DNA of 64,000 nucleotides, taken from contig OZ242351.1 in assembly GCA_965208675.1 (NCBI GenBank), positions 1 to 64,000 on the forward strand. Reading direction: 5' to 3'. Positions 28,319 to 38,900 of the stretch are shown here, one piece after another. Source of the DNA: Candidatus Poribacteria bacterium (GTDB lineage: Bacteria; Poribacteria; WGA-4E; PCPOR2b). How positions within the stretch are numbered: position 1 is the first letter of the stretch; the number at the start of each line of letters is the position of its first letter. A program made the translations under genes and the position numbers. The notes under the pieces were generated by a model that was not told where the DNA came from, did not search any database, and saw nothing but the letters and a program-made list of their open reading frames with translations.

Positions 28319-29092
28319 TCATTCAACGGAACGGACACAACGAAATCCGGTATTAACGGCGGCGATTTTTACGGGAGCACCGCCGCGGCGAGAACAACGC
28401 GAATGAAAAATTGGCCCTAAGAAATCGCCGCCGCGAACCGACCGATCTGGACCATCGGTTGGTCCAACGGGGTTGCGCTTTGGAGATTTGGTGTAGTTAA
28501 TGCGATCATCGGCGCACCATTCCCAGACGTTACCCGCCATGTCATAAAGTCCATAGCCGTTGGGTGGATAGCTTCCGACAGGAGACGTGTACCGGTAGCC
28601 GTCATCAACACTCCCGTCGTACAGAACGTTAGCGTCGACATCTCGATCCTTGAAGTTGCACTGTGTCCCGTCAGGCGGCTCATTACCCCATGGGAATCGC
28701 GCGTTCGCCAGGCCGCCGCGTGCAGCTTTTTCCCATTCCGCTTCCGTTGGGAGCCGTTTTTCTGCCCATTCTGCGTACGCGGCCGCGTCGTGCCAATCCA
28801 CGCCGACAACAGGATGGTTATGTAGGTTAACGTCGTGATTATTCCAATGCCGGGGTGTGCGATGACCGGTAGCTTCCATGAATTTCTTGTAGAGGGCATT
28901 CGTGATTTGGTGCACATCGATGTAGAAAGCATCCAAATGGACGACGTGCTGCGGTATTTCTTTGCGAAATTCTACTGTGTAACCCATGTCGTCGTCATCG
29001 ACAGCGCCCATGAGGAATTCGCCCGCAGGGATAAAAACCATAGATGCTCCTTCTTTCCCGACAATCTTGTTTTGAAGTTTCTGGTCCGTCAT
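28319..29092 (-). CDS. Formylglycine-generating enzyme (SUMF1/FGE-sulfatase) domain protein
   Basis: IPAGEFLMG, HPVVGVDW, RLPTEAEWEKAARGG, GLYDMAGNVWEW, GFRCV; the catalytic Cys pair is not evident. Confidence 0.9.
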   Translation of the reverse strand: MTDQKLQNKIVGKEGASMVFIPAGEFLMGAVDDDDMGYTVEFRKEIPQHVVHLDAFYIDVHQITNALYKKFMEATGHRTPRHWNNHDVNLHNHPVVGVDWHDAAAYAEWAEKRLPTEAEWEKAARGGLANARFPWGNEPPDGTQCNFKDRDVDANVLYDGSVDDGYRYTSPVGSYPPNGYGLYDMAGNVWEWCADDRINYTKSPKRNPVGPTDGPDRSVRGGDFLGPIFHSRCSRRGGAPVKIAAVNTGFRCVRSVE

Positions 29093-29277
29093 CAAATTTT
29101 ACCTTCTCTCTCGGAGTCACATATTCAAACTTATAGTCATTTCGGTTCATATTAACATAAGGTGGATTCAACTGATTGATAATTGAGGGCAGGAAGCCTT
29201 TCCCACAAAACAATACGTAAATGAATAATTTTTAGCCGCAATGGTTATATTGTCGATTATATGTAAAGCTGCATGGA

Positions 29278-30090
29278 TTAACTTCCCCTTGGCGTATATT
29301 CGCCCTTTGTGTTCCAGCCCGGATACTGCTCTTCTAGCAATTTAAGCGTCTTGCTTGTGTAATACGGGTGTCCGGCAGGAGGGAACCTGAAGAATTCGCG
29401 CTCCCTTGCCGTAAGCGTACCGATAAATTGCCTGAAATGCTCGTTTCGCCCTAGGTCCGTATAGCTGCTCACACCTTCCCAGTAGTGATCGGCCCGCCCA
29501 TAAATCCGAGTGACGGAATATCGCTGCTTTTCCTTGCCCTCAAACGCGGACGCCGAATGCCATAAATACGTGTTAAATATCATCTGGGTTCCCGCCGGCA
29601 CCTCAAGCGATATTTTCTTGGTTAGGTCTTTACCGAATGGCTTCGGAATAACCTGCATCGGTGCATGTTCAGCCCGTACCTCTTCAGGAAAATACCAACT
29701 GCTTATCTGCCCGTACCTCTTGTCGCCGCACGGGGGTAACAACGAATTATTGCCGTTGTCAATGTGTAGCTGCGGTAAAGCTGAGGAACCGGGATACTTT
29801 GCCCAATTGTGAGCGTAGCGAAAGTGGATATTTTCGGTCTCAAGCGCACGTTGAACAAAGTCAATGAGGTCAAAATCTAGAATGAGTTCGTTGAAAAGCA
29901 TCTCGGAATACGGAAAGTCGTCGGTCAACATTCCGGATTCGGGCGGTTGGCCTTTAATAACATCCCAAGGTGGAAGCGTTTCGTGGAGTGCAGCGACAAT
30001 GCGAACTCTTTTCTCTTCCGGGTAGAAATCTTCGACAACGACAAATCCCTGCTCCACGAAAGTATTCATATGATCGTCAGATAATTTCAT
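29278..30090 (-). CDS. Phytanoyl-CoA dioxygenase (PhyH) family protein
   Basis: FVEQGFVVVE, LHID, VPAGT..FN..LWH. Confidence 0.82.
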   Translation of the reverse strand: MKLSDDHMNTFVEQGFVVVEDFYPEEKRVRIVAALHETLPPWDVIKGQPPESGMLTDDFPYSEMLFNELILDFDLIDFVQRALETENIHFRYAHNWAKYPGSSALPQLHIDNGNNSLLPPCGDKRYGQISSWYFPEEVRAEHAPMQVIPKPFGKDLTKKISLEVPAGTQMIFNTYLWHSASAFEGKEKQRYSVTRIYGRADHYWEGVSSYTDLGRNEHFRQFIGTLTAREREFFRFPPAGHPYYTSKTLKLLEEQYPGWNTKGEYTPRGS

Positions 30091-30382
30091 TGTGAATCCC
30101 CGTAGCTGTTGAAATTTATGCTTTTTGCGCCGCCGCGGTCTGCATTAGGCAGCCAAAATACGGCTGTGGGTACACGGTGCGCTTATTTCGTGCTGAAAAT
30201 TTGTGCAGTGGTTAGTTTGATTAGAACGACTTGTGCCTATGACTCATATTAACGATAGTAATGTCAAGTTGTCAATACCAAAATCTGCTCAAATCCATCG
30301 GGGGGATCAACCGCAGATTATCTAATGTCAACGTCATTTTGCTCCGCAGCCACGCACTGATTTCAGATGAGCTGGAGAAGCC

Positions 30383-30411
30383 TTGAATTTTCAATTCGCT
30401 GATGGTATAAT
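30383..30411 (+). promoter_or_regulatory. Sigma70 promoter TTGAAT-N17-TATAAT (extended -10)
   Basis: Perfect -10 with TG, ~250 nt before the YCF48-like gene. Confidence 0.55.
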
Positions 30412-30664
30412 CGTGTGTGGAATGGATAGCGGAGACTGGAGTGGGAAAGTTTGCGGCGTGCTGCCAGAGGAGCACAGAGGTAAGCGTTTTTCGATGGAAG
30501 CAGAATGGAAGAAGTCCGTGCACAAGATTGAAGAATTTAACCTCGGGCGCGGAAATTTTGTGCACGGAATAGTAAATTACAATACCGGTGCCGCGGAACT
30601 AACCCCCGGCACGTTAATGCAGCGAGAGAGGTCTTGAAAAGTTTGTAGAAAGGGCGAAATTACT

Positions 30665-31657
30665 ATGTATTCAAAAAGCATCTTCGTCATGATTATCATT
30701 TTATCGGTTACGGGTTGGCTAACTAACGTGAGCGCATGGGGGGCGTGGACGGTCGTTCGAGATGACGATTTTGCCCGCAACGACAGCATTGAGGGCGATC
30801 TCCAAGCAGTGTACTTTGCTGATGCGGATCACGGCTGGGCGGTGGGGTTTAAGGGGTTAATCTTGCACACAGCCGACGGTGGAGAAACATGGGTAAATCA
30901 GGCAATTGAGATGGAAGTTCCGATAGATTTTTGGAGCGTCTTTTTTCTCAATGAAAAAGTCGGTTTCGTCGTAGGTACCGGCGGCAGCATTTTTATGACA
31001 AAGGATGGCGGTAATTTGTGGGAGCGCAAGAACGTCGAAGGAATCAACCGGACTCGTCTGATAGATATGTGGCTGATCAACGAACAGAGCGGGTTTGTTG
31101 TTGGCACCGACAATACGTTGCTCAAGACAACCGACGGCGGCGAAAATTGGACGGGAGACAGCGATCGAGTGCGGTTAGGTGAAACACGCAATCATCTTGA
31201 GAGCATTTATTTTGTGTCGGCAACACACGGATGGATTGTGGGTTCCTTTGGGACAATTAAGCATACGGTTGACGGCGGTTCTACATGGGAAAATCAAACT
31301 TCCAACGTGGGTAACAACCTCATGGCGGTGCATTTCATCAATGAAGACACAGGATGGATTGCTGGACAGGAAGGTTTGATTCTCCACACTCAGGATGGCG
31401 GAGCGACTTGGAACCAGCAGGAAACTGATTCCTACGACAACCTACACGATGTCGGCTTCATTGATAACCAGACCGGTTGGGCAGTGGGGGATTATGGCGC
31501 AATTCTTCACACGACCGATGGCGGACAAACATGGACACCCGAAAAATCCGGCGTATCTTCTTCCTCGCTTCGCGCACTGCATGCGGCAGATAAAGATAGC
31601 TGCTGGGCTTTCGGCGAATGGGGTTGGATTATACGCCGTTTACCGCTAGGTGAATAA
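30665..31657 (+). CDS. Secreted YCF48-like/BNR-repeat beta-propeller protein
   Basis: Signal peptide; repeated GWxVGxxGxILHTxDGGxTW units. Confidence 0.9.
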   Translation: MYSKSIFVMIIILSVTGWLTNVSAWGAWTVVRDDDFARNDSIEGDLQAVYFADADHGWAVGFKGLILHTADGGETWVNQAIEMEVPIDFWSVFFLNEKVGFVVGTGGSIFMTKDGGNLWERKNVEGINRTRLIDMWLINEQSGFVVGTDNTLLKTTDGGENWTGDSDRVRLGETRNHLESIYFVSATHGWIVGSFGTIKHTVDGGSTWENQTSNVGNNLMAVHFINEDTGWIAGQEGLILHTQDGGATWNQQETDSYDNLHDVGFIDNQTGWAVGDYGAILHTTDGGQTWTPEKSGVSSSSLRALHAADKDSCWAFGEWGWIIRRLPLGE

Positions 31658-31751
31658 AAGATGGGCGGCGAGTACGCAAAACTTCAACAACTGCCAGTGC
31701 TGGGAAGTTAAGAGAAAACAGATAGTAAATGATTGTATTTCGTGGGTACGA

Positions 31752-32186
31752 TTAATACCGTTGAAGGTATGTATCGACTACCCTAGCCCACTCGTCGATT
31801 CCGCCAACCAAACTCTTGACGTTTTTGAATCCAAGTTGCTGCATTAAGCAAGCTGCGTCAAGACTTCGCAGCCCTCGGTGGCAGTAAACGACAATCTCCG
31901 CGTAAGGATTGAGTTCGTTCACGCCTTGCGCCAACTCCCCAATTGGAATCCGCTTTGCGTCATTGAGATGGACTATTCGATATTCCCATTCCTCTCGGAC
32001 ATCCAACAGAACAATATCCCCGCCTTCATCCATTAATCGTTTCAGGCGCTGCGGCGAGATAGAATATTCAGCAGGATCAAAAGGCAGGATGGCGTCGTCG
32101 GTGCTCGGCGCAGCTTTAGGCAGGTGTTTTTTCTTGACGTATGTGTTATAAAAAGTTTTGATGGTTGATTTAATGCTCTTCAGCAT
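31752..32186 (-). CDS. Rhodanese-like domain protein
   Basis: LLDVREEWE, VVYCHRGLRS, SLVGGIDEW. Confidence 0.9.
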   Translation of the reverse strand: MLKSIKSTIKTFYNTYVKKKHLPKAAPSTDDAILPFDPAEYSISPQRLKRLMDEGGDIVLLDVREEWEYRIVHLNDAKRIPIGELAQGVNELNPYAEIVVYCHRGLRSLDAACLMQQLGFKNVKSLVGGIDEWARVVDTYLQRY

Positions 32187-32419
32187 GAGTTTCTCTCATT
32201 TTTGGCAATCTACGATTTTTAATGCAATCCGAATGACTAAAGCAAGCATTAAGTTCAATCTGATGTAGAATTGGGGTTTAACTATTATTGTGAATATATG
32301 AAAATCGCCCCAGATATTAATCAAAAACGCACATAAATGTCAAGGGTTTGATTCATGATATACCCGCGGCGTGGAATATTGGGCTGCGGGCGCCATTCCC
32401 TCCAGTCTAAAAATCACGT

Positions 32420-33610
32420 ATGAAATCCAAACCGTTTAAAATTCTTTTTCTAGATAATGGGGCCGGTATTGGCGGTGGGCAGCGCAGTCTACTGCTCCTA
32501 ATCAAGAATCTGGATAAGACGCGTTTCACCCCAATTATTGGTTGTTTGCCGGACAGTGCGCTCGCAGCCGAAGCGCGCAAGGCAGCGCAAAAAGTTGTAC
32601 CGCTAAACCTTCCCGAACCGCATGATAAGGCGGATATTCACCATCGTTTCACATTTGGAGACCTCATTGGCGATTGTAAGTATATTGCAGTGGTCATCCA
32701 AATGCTGCGGGTAATTAGAGAAAACCGCGTGAATCTCATCCATGCAAATTCCTTGGCAGCCGCTTTGATTGGCGGTGCCGCTGCTAAAATCATTGGTGTA
32801 CCAATTATCATGCACAAACGGTATGCCACATCGTATGGGCTATTAGATCGGATGGGGGAGAAGTTAGTTGACTGTGTTATACTTGTTTCAAGAGCGACCC
32901 GTTGGAATTTTGCAGCCAAATCCAAGCAGGCGCTCATTTATAATGGTGCTGAACTAGAGGCGCCTCATGCCTCAACAGCAGAGGTGAAAGCTGTGCGATC
33001 GAGCTTAAATCTCTGCCGCGAGGACATGTTGGCGGGGATAGTGACACGTATTACATTTGAGAAAGGCATTCATATTTTGATTGAGGCGATGGCGAATCTC
33101 AAAAACCGGCGCCGAATCAAACTAATTGTTGCGGGGAAACCTTACTTTCAGCAGGATTTTGATTACCTCGAACGTCTTAAAGCCCAAATAGGTAAATTGG
33201 GACTGGCGGATTCCGTGATATTCACTGGGTTTCTGACTGATACACGAGCAATAATGGCGCTTCTTGATATGGTTCTGCTCCCTTCAATAGTTGACGAAGC
33301 TTGTCCGCGTGTGATTATAGAAGCTATGGCGGCAGGTAAACCTGTAATAACTACTCCCCTAGGCGGCAGCAAAGAGTTGGTTACCCCGGAATCCGGGATT
33401 TTCGTACCTCCGGAAGATGCCAAAGCGTTAGCCGCAGCCATTACACTGCTTGCGGATAATCGGCAACATTCGAGACGGATGGGAATTGCAGGACGTGCAA
33501 GGGTGGAAAAACTATACAGCGCTGAAAAAAACACCCGATTAACTGAACTACTCTATTCACGCTTGCTAAATCCCTCATCACCCTCGGAACAGAAGGTGAG
33601 TAGTTCATAA
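32420..33610 (+). CDS. Glycosyltransferase family 4
   Basis: GGGQRSL, IHAN, EKG, EACPRVIIEAMAAGKPVI. Confidence 0.92.
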   Translation: MKSKPFKILFLDNGAGIGGGQRSLLLLIKNLDKTRFTPIIGCLPDSALAAEARKAAQKVVPLNLPEPHDKADIHHRFTFGDLIGDCKYIAVVIQMLRVIRENRVNLIHANSLAAALIGGAAAKIIGVPIIMHKRYATSYGLLDRMGEKLVDCVILVSRATRWNFAAKSKQALIYNGAELEAPHASTAEVKAVRSSLNLCREDMLAGIVTRITFEKGIHILIEAMANLKNRRRIKLIVAGKPYFQQDFDYLERLKAQIGKLGLADSVIFTGFLTDTRAIMALLDMVLLPSIVDEACPRVIIEAMAAGKPVITTPLGGSKELVTPESGIFVPPEDAKALAAAITLLADNRQHSRRMGIAGRARVEKLYSAEKNTRLTELLYSRLLNPSSPSEQKVSSS

Positions 33611-33769
33611 CAGCATTGACGAACGGACAAACTCGCATCAAAATTAACAGCTCGAAGCACAATTGGCCGCGACGCCGTTATCAAAACAACGTATGGACTT
33701 TAAGATTTGCGGTAGCCGGTTCTATTACCTGTAGGCACGCTTCAAGCTGATACGAGATTTATTTCAAAA

Positions 33770-34387
33770 ATGCACATCCTCGACCAACAATACCGCAATG
33801 TCCTCATCTTTTTAGTGGTCGTGATACTCGCGGGAAGTGGATACTGGATGCTCAAGCGTTTTAACCCGGCGCTGTTCCTTGGTGAGCCGGACTTCGTCGT
33901 CGATCCAATTGAACGCGATCCACCCGCGGATATTTTGGTCCATGTTGCCGGCGCGGTTCAGTCACCGGGAGTATATCATCTTCCGGTCGGCGCACGCGTC
34001 GAAAAGGCTATTGAAATAGCCGGCGGACCGACGGAAAAGGCTGATATTCACAAACTAAATCTGGCTGCGAAAGTCAGCGATGGCCAGCGAATCCATGTAC
34101 CGGAATTGCGTCAAGCCTCGCCGCCTCCAGTCGACACAAAACACTCTTCAACCGGTTCTCCCGCATCTACTTCAGCTAATTCCAATCAAAAATTACTCAT
34201 CGATCCCAATGTTGCTACATTTGAGCAATTACAAACGCTTCCGCGTATTGGACCAGTAATGGCGCGGCGCATCATTGAATACCGAGAAACCAACGGATCG
34301 TTTTCAAGCGTCGATGATCTCGTCAGGGTAAGAGGAATAGGAGACAAAACGCTAGCACAAATTCGACATCTCGTTGACATCCGATAG
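33770..34387 (+). CDS. comEA: ComEA family DNA-binding protein (SLBB + HhH)
   Basis: VHVAGAVQSPGVY, LNLAAKVSDGQ, LPRIGPVMARRII, VRGIG. Confidence 0.92.
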   Translation: MHILDQQYRNVLIFLVVVILAGSGYWMLKRFNPALFLGEPDFVVDPIERDPPADILVHVAGAVQSPGVYHLPVGARVEKAIEIAGGPTEKADIHKLNLAAKVSDGQRIHVPELRQASPPPVDTKHSSTGSPASTSANSNQKLLIDPNVATFEQLQTLPRIGPVMARRIIEYRETNGSFSSVDDLVRVRGIGDKTLAQIRHLVDIR

Positions 34388-34473
34388 GAGAAATGTGAGG
34401 AAGGCAGTCGTAGGAAGGGGAGGATTCATCTCCTTAGTTGCCCATCTTCTCTAAGAAGGTTCACCAACGTTGG

Positions 34474-34830
34474 TTATGGGTGGGCTATAGGTTCTGTCGA
34501 TTCTGCAGGCTGCGGGTCCGGTACCGCCTCGGAATCCATGGCTTCATCAATAATCTGTGTGAGGTGACGAATTGTATCAGCGCATCGCCTCTGCTCGCCA
34601 TACATTTGCGCGGCGATATTCAGGGCTGCCATGGTTGCAACGCTGATAGTATCGTGACCTTTTTGGCGGAATTGCTGCATCATCCGATCCACGAATTCGG
34701 CTAGCGTGCGAATATCCTCTTCAGTTAAATTATCAGTCTGCTTAATAGTGTATTGCGTGTTGAGAATACTAACTTTAATTGATGAAGCAGACCGTGATGT
34801 TGTAGAAGGAGAGGAATCTGAAACGTTCAT
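34474..34830 (-). CDS. zapA: Cell division protein ZapA
   Basis: IKVSILNTQYTI, LAEFVDRMM, VATMAALNIA. Confidence 0.8.
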   Translation of the reverse strand: MNVSDSSPSTTSRSASSIKVSILNTQYTIKQTDNLTEEDIRTLAEFVDRMMQQFRQKGHDTISVATMAALNIAAQMYGEQRRCADTIRHLTQIIDEAMDSEAVPDPQPAESTEPIAHP

Positions 34831-34854
34831 AATCACCCTGAATCGAAGAAAATT

Positions 34855-35730
34855 TTACGTTTGACCCAACGCTTGCTGAAGTGCACGCCGCATTACGTCA
34901 ATCGGCGGTGAAACTCGCGTCCATTTTTCAAAAGCAATTGCCCCTTGGTAGAGGAGCATCCCTAGACCGCCAATTGTATGGCAACCTTGCGTCGAAGCCG
35001 CTTTCAACAAGCGGGTTTCGGGGGGGGTGTAGATAATGTCGTACACGATAGATTGTGGAGTTAACCACTCGGGCTGTATCAAAAGCGGGTGTGAAAAATC
35101 CATACTTGCCGAGGCCGTATTGACTATTAACTGACTCATTGATACCGCATTTGGCAGTCTGGCATCGTCAATTCCCATCCCAAGAATTTCCGCGCTTGTT
35201 TTGTCCGCAAGATCGGCAGCAAGTGCAACGGCTTTTGACGTGGTGCGGTTGGCGATGACAATGGATTGCAGTTTTTCACGGGCTAGGGCAACGGCGACTG
35301 CCCGTGCTGATCCACCTGCCCCAATCACTATAGCAGAACCGTTTCGAGGCACCTCATGCCCGGCATGCTTCATTGCGAGCAAGAATCCGGACGCATCTGT
35401 ATTTTCGCCTGTAATCTTGCCTTGCTTGAATATCAATGTGTTTGCTGCACCGATGAGTGCAGCTTCTTGGGAGATTTGGTCGAGGAATGGAATCACACGC
35501 TGCTTGTACGGAACGGTGACATTCACTCCAATTATTCGGCACGCCTTGAACCCTTCAAGGGCAACCCGCAAATCTGTCGGTCGAACGTGGAATGGGACGT
35601 AAACGTAATCCAGACCGATTTCCGAAAAGGCGGCATTGTGCATTTGCGGTGAGCAAGTATGCTCGACCGGATCGCCAATAACTCCAACGATTTTAGTTTT
35701 GCCTGTGATATGTGACGCGTAATGATTCAC
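34855..35730 (-). CDS. aroE: Shikimate dehydrogenase
   Basis: GDPVEH..SPQMHN, GVNVTVPYK, NTD, GAGGSARA, YDIIYTP. Confidence 0.95.
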   Translation of the reverse strand: MNHYASHITGKTKIVGVIGDPVEHTCSPQMHNAAFSEIGLDYVYVPFHVRPTDLRVALEGFKACRIIGVNVTVPYKQRVIPFLDQISQEAALIGAANTLIFKQGKITGENTDASGFLLAMKHAGHEVPRNGSAIVIGAGGSARAVAVALAREKLQSIVIANRTTSKAVALAADLADKTSAEILGMGIDDARLPNAVSMSQLIVNTASASMDFSHPLLIQPEWLTPQSIVYDIIYTPPETRLLKAASTQGCHTIGGLGMLLYQGAIAFEKWTRVSPPIDVMRRALQQALGQT

Positions 35731-35925
35731 TCTTTTGCGTGCACGAATTTTTCATTAACGCACTGAATTTTCCCGCAGTAGAGCAGCCCGTCAAACGATT
35801 TTAACTCATTATCTCCAGCGGTTATTAATTACTCTAAGACTAGTTGTTCGAAGTTTCATTGGTTGGTTTTTCCCCTTATGCAAGATGCAGATGAATGTGC
35901 TTCTTTCTTTATGCAGTCAACGGAA

Positions 35926-38900
35926 TCAACTACGAATCTTCGATAACAACGCTTCAGCCTTTTGTTTAGCGGTTTCCATCTTTGGGTAACGCACTTCTCG
36001 GTAGCCGCAAACTTCTTGAGGAACATCCAGCGCACGAACGTGAGTTTCGTAATCAACAGCATCTTTTGGGGCAAAGGTATCAACAACCTCAACGATATAC
36101 CAATCTCGAAAGATTTTTTCCTTTGCATGCCACTGAGAAAGCCAACGTCTGAGGAACCTCATCCGTTTCATCAAATTCAGTTGCCAGTTCCGGGTGTTCA
36201 TGTCCCACCTAATATCCATGCCCATCACGTTAAAATGCGGCCGGTTAAGGTGAACATACTTAATCCTATCTCCATTTGACTCATCGACATTGTACTGCGC
36301 TTTGTCGCGTTTTAATTTATCCTCTCTAGTGAGCAGGTGAGCCACGTAAATTTCGTCTTTTATGAGCATCACCTTGTGCAAGTTGATGATTGCGGATTTG
36401 GTGGCTCGAAAACCCTCTGTACGACAATCCTTGGCATAGATACGCTGAATCTTTTCGGTGTATCGGCGGGCATAATTCAGGTCTTCGAATTGAATCAGAT
36501 CGTATACCCGCAACGCCAAGCCGCGATTGGTCTCTTCATCTAATCCCATGTCCTCAACTGCTTCTTGAACCAGTTTTTCATATTCACCCGCCAGGACTTC
36601 GCCGCGCCATCTTTTCTCTAACGTACCGCATTTCTGCCTAAGTAACGATTTATACCCTTGCTGATTTGGCGCCGCTGAATAGATATCTGCATCTATCGCA
36701 ATCCGCCTTCCAATGTCAAAAGCGCGTTGATTGGATGCCAAATCAGACGGTTTCGCCACCCATTTCAACGCTGATTGAATGTGGTCTAATTCGAGTGGTA
36801 GCTGCCCACGCTGGAATGCCACGCCTATCAGCATGATGTTTGCGTAAAGATTGTTTCCCAGTAATCTCTCAGAGACCTCAAATAAATTCGCACCAAAATA
36901 TTCATCAGTTTTGGTGTATGCCCGTATGCTTTTCTCCAAATCTGCGATTTCAAAGCTATCCTTGCCGATGAGGGTGGTTACGGTATCCGTTTTTGCAGTG
37001 TTTACGACAGCGGTCGTTAAATCAGGGGTGGCGACTCGAAAAGGGGCTTTTGAATCAATACCGCGTACAGCCTCTAAAATGTCCAAACCTAGCAGGAGAT
37101 CCGCCTTGCCGTACGGGATGATAGGAGAAATCTGATTGTCGGTTTTTGAATAAGTCACATGCGCGTATACGCCGCCGTTGCGTATTGCCAACCCTTTCTT
37201 ATCGCAGAACCGTACCTGATACCCTTGGGCATATCCGGCGAGAACCAATATAGAGGAAATTGTGCCGATTCCCATGCCGCCTACCCCCGCGGCGTAAACA
37301 CTCCACGTCCGATCGAAACCGCTAAACGATGGCAGCGGAAGCGGGTCGACCGCCGTGGGAGCAGCACCAATCGGCATCTTTTCTTCGTGCATCCCCAGAT
37401 TCGAGTCTGTATCAACCAACACTTTCGGTGGACGTTTGCGCGTCACGATGACCTCTTCAAATGACGGACATGCCCACTTGATTCGAGCGCATGCCCCGTC
37501 GGTCACACAGTTCGATGAATCAATGCCAATCTTTGGCCCGTAATCAGTTTCATTGACCTTTAGGCCGGGACAACCTGTGGCTTTGGTACATTCCAGACAA
37601 AATTCGCAAACTTCCGGCGTGATATTGATATGCTTCTCAACCTTCAAAAACCCTTTTTCTTTTATTGTCTTGTGGTTTTCACGGCGCAAACGGCGATGAT
37701 AAGTGATTCCGCACTCCTTATCCGCGATTACAATCTTAACGCCCGGATTGAGAATGGTGTCCTCAAGAAGCGCCTTATACTTGACACGATCCTCAGGATC
37801 AGTTCGGACGATGAAGAGATTGGAACTCCCGCCTGCGAGTCCACGGGCTACTTTTTCGATGTCCTGAGCGAACGTTGAATTGCCGAGAATGTCATCCTCC
37901 CCCGCCGGCGTGGGTTGATGCCCTGTCATCGCGGTTGTCTGATTATCCAAGATAACATACGTAATGTCTTGTCCATTCTTTATAGAATCGGAAATTGCCG
38001 ACATCCCTCCGTGGAAAAAGGTGGAATCGCCCATAAAGACAATCTGCTTATTTTTAATGAACGAATCAATTCCTGCTCCCGTACCGCCGCCCAACGCCAT
38101 GGCTGATAGATTGTGCATGAGACGCGGAAAGGGTTCGTACTTCAGCATAGAATAGCAGCCGATGTCCCCATGAAAAACGAGATCTACAGGCGGCGAGGCG
38201 TGCTGCTTTTTCATGTAGTCGGCGTCCATGAATTGCTTGGTAATATCCAGAAAGACGCTCGAAGAATCGCGATGCGGACACCCCGGACAAAAAGTCGGCG
38301 TTCGCGCCGGAATGTTAACTTCATATGAATTGACCTGTTCAATTCGATTTTCTTCACGCGAAAGCGCACTTTCAACCATGTGGATTTTCACGGGCGTATC
38401 TTCTTCCCGCCCATGTAATCCCTTGGATGGTAAGGCGGAGTCTGTCCGCATCTTCCGCCGAAGTAGTGGAATCAACCGTTGAATAACGACTGACGGATTG
38501 AGTCCGAGCGATTCGGGAATCCCAGGTAAATCGTTTGGGAATTGTTTTCCCCATACTTGTACATGCCGATCTATCCCGCCAGTTTGGTAGAGGTCGCCCA
38601 CTATAGCTTTGATATCTTTTTCAAGTAGCGGCCGCTTCTCCTCCACGACGTAAATCTCGCGGACACCCGCCGAAAATTGGCGCACAATCTCTGTATCAAC
38701 TGGATGCGTCAAACCGAGCTTTAGGATTGGAATTTGACCTTGGATTTCCAGCTCATGCAGCGCATGTTCGAGATATGTGTAAGCCACTCCCGACGTGACA
38801 AAACCCATCTCGTGCCGGGTACCGTTTAGATTGTAAATCTGATTTAGATTGCGGCGTCGCGCAGTCTCAATCGCATTGGGAAATCGTCTTTCTAGAGTTT

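Noticed and set aside
30383-30637. 84-aa ORF, or c-di-AMP (ydaO) riboswitch
   Set aside because: The ORF starts inside the promoter -35 box with no RBS; only a fragment (AACTAACCCC) resembles ydaO and the 5' motifs are missing
34388-34473. 6S RNA downstream of zapA
   Set aside because: Only ~86 nt lie between convergent comEA and zapA; a simple hairpin suffices
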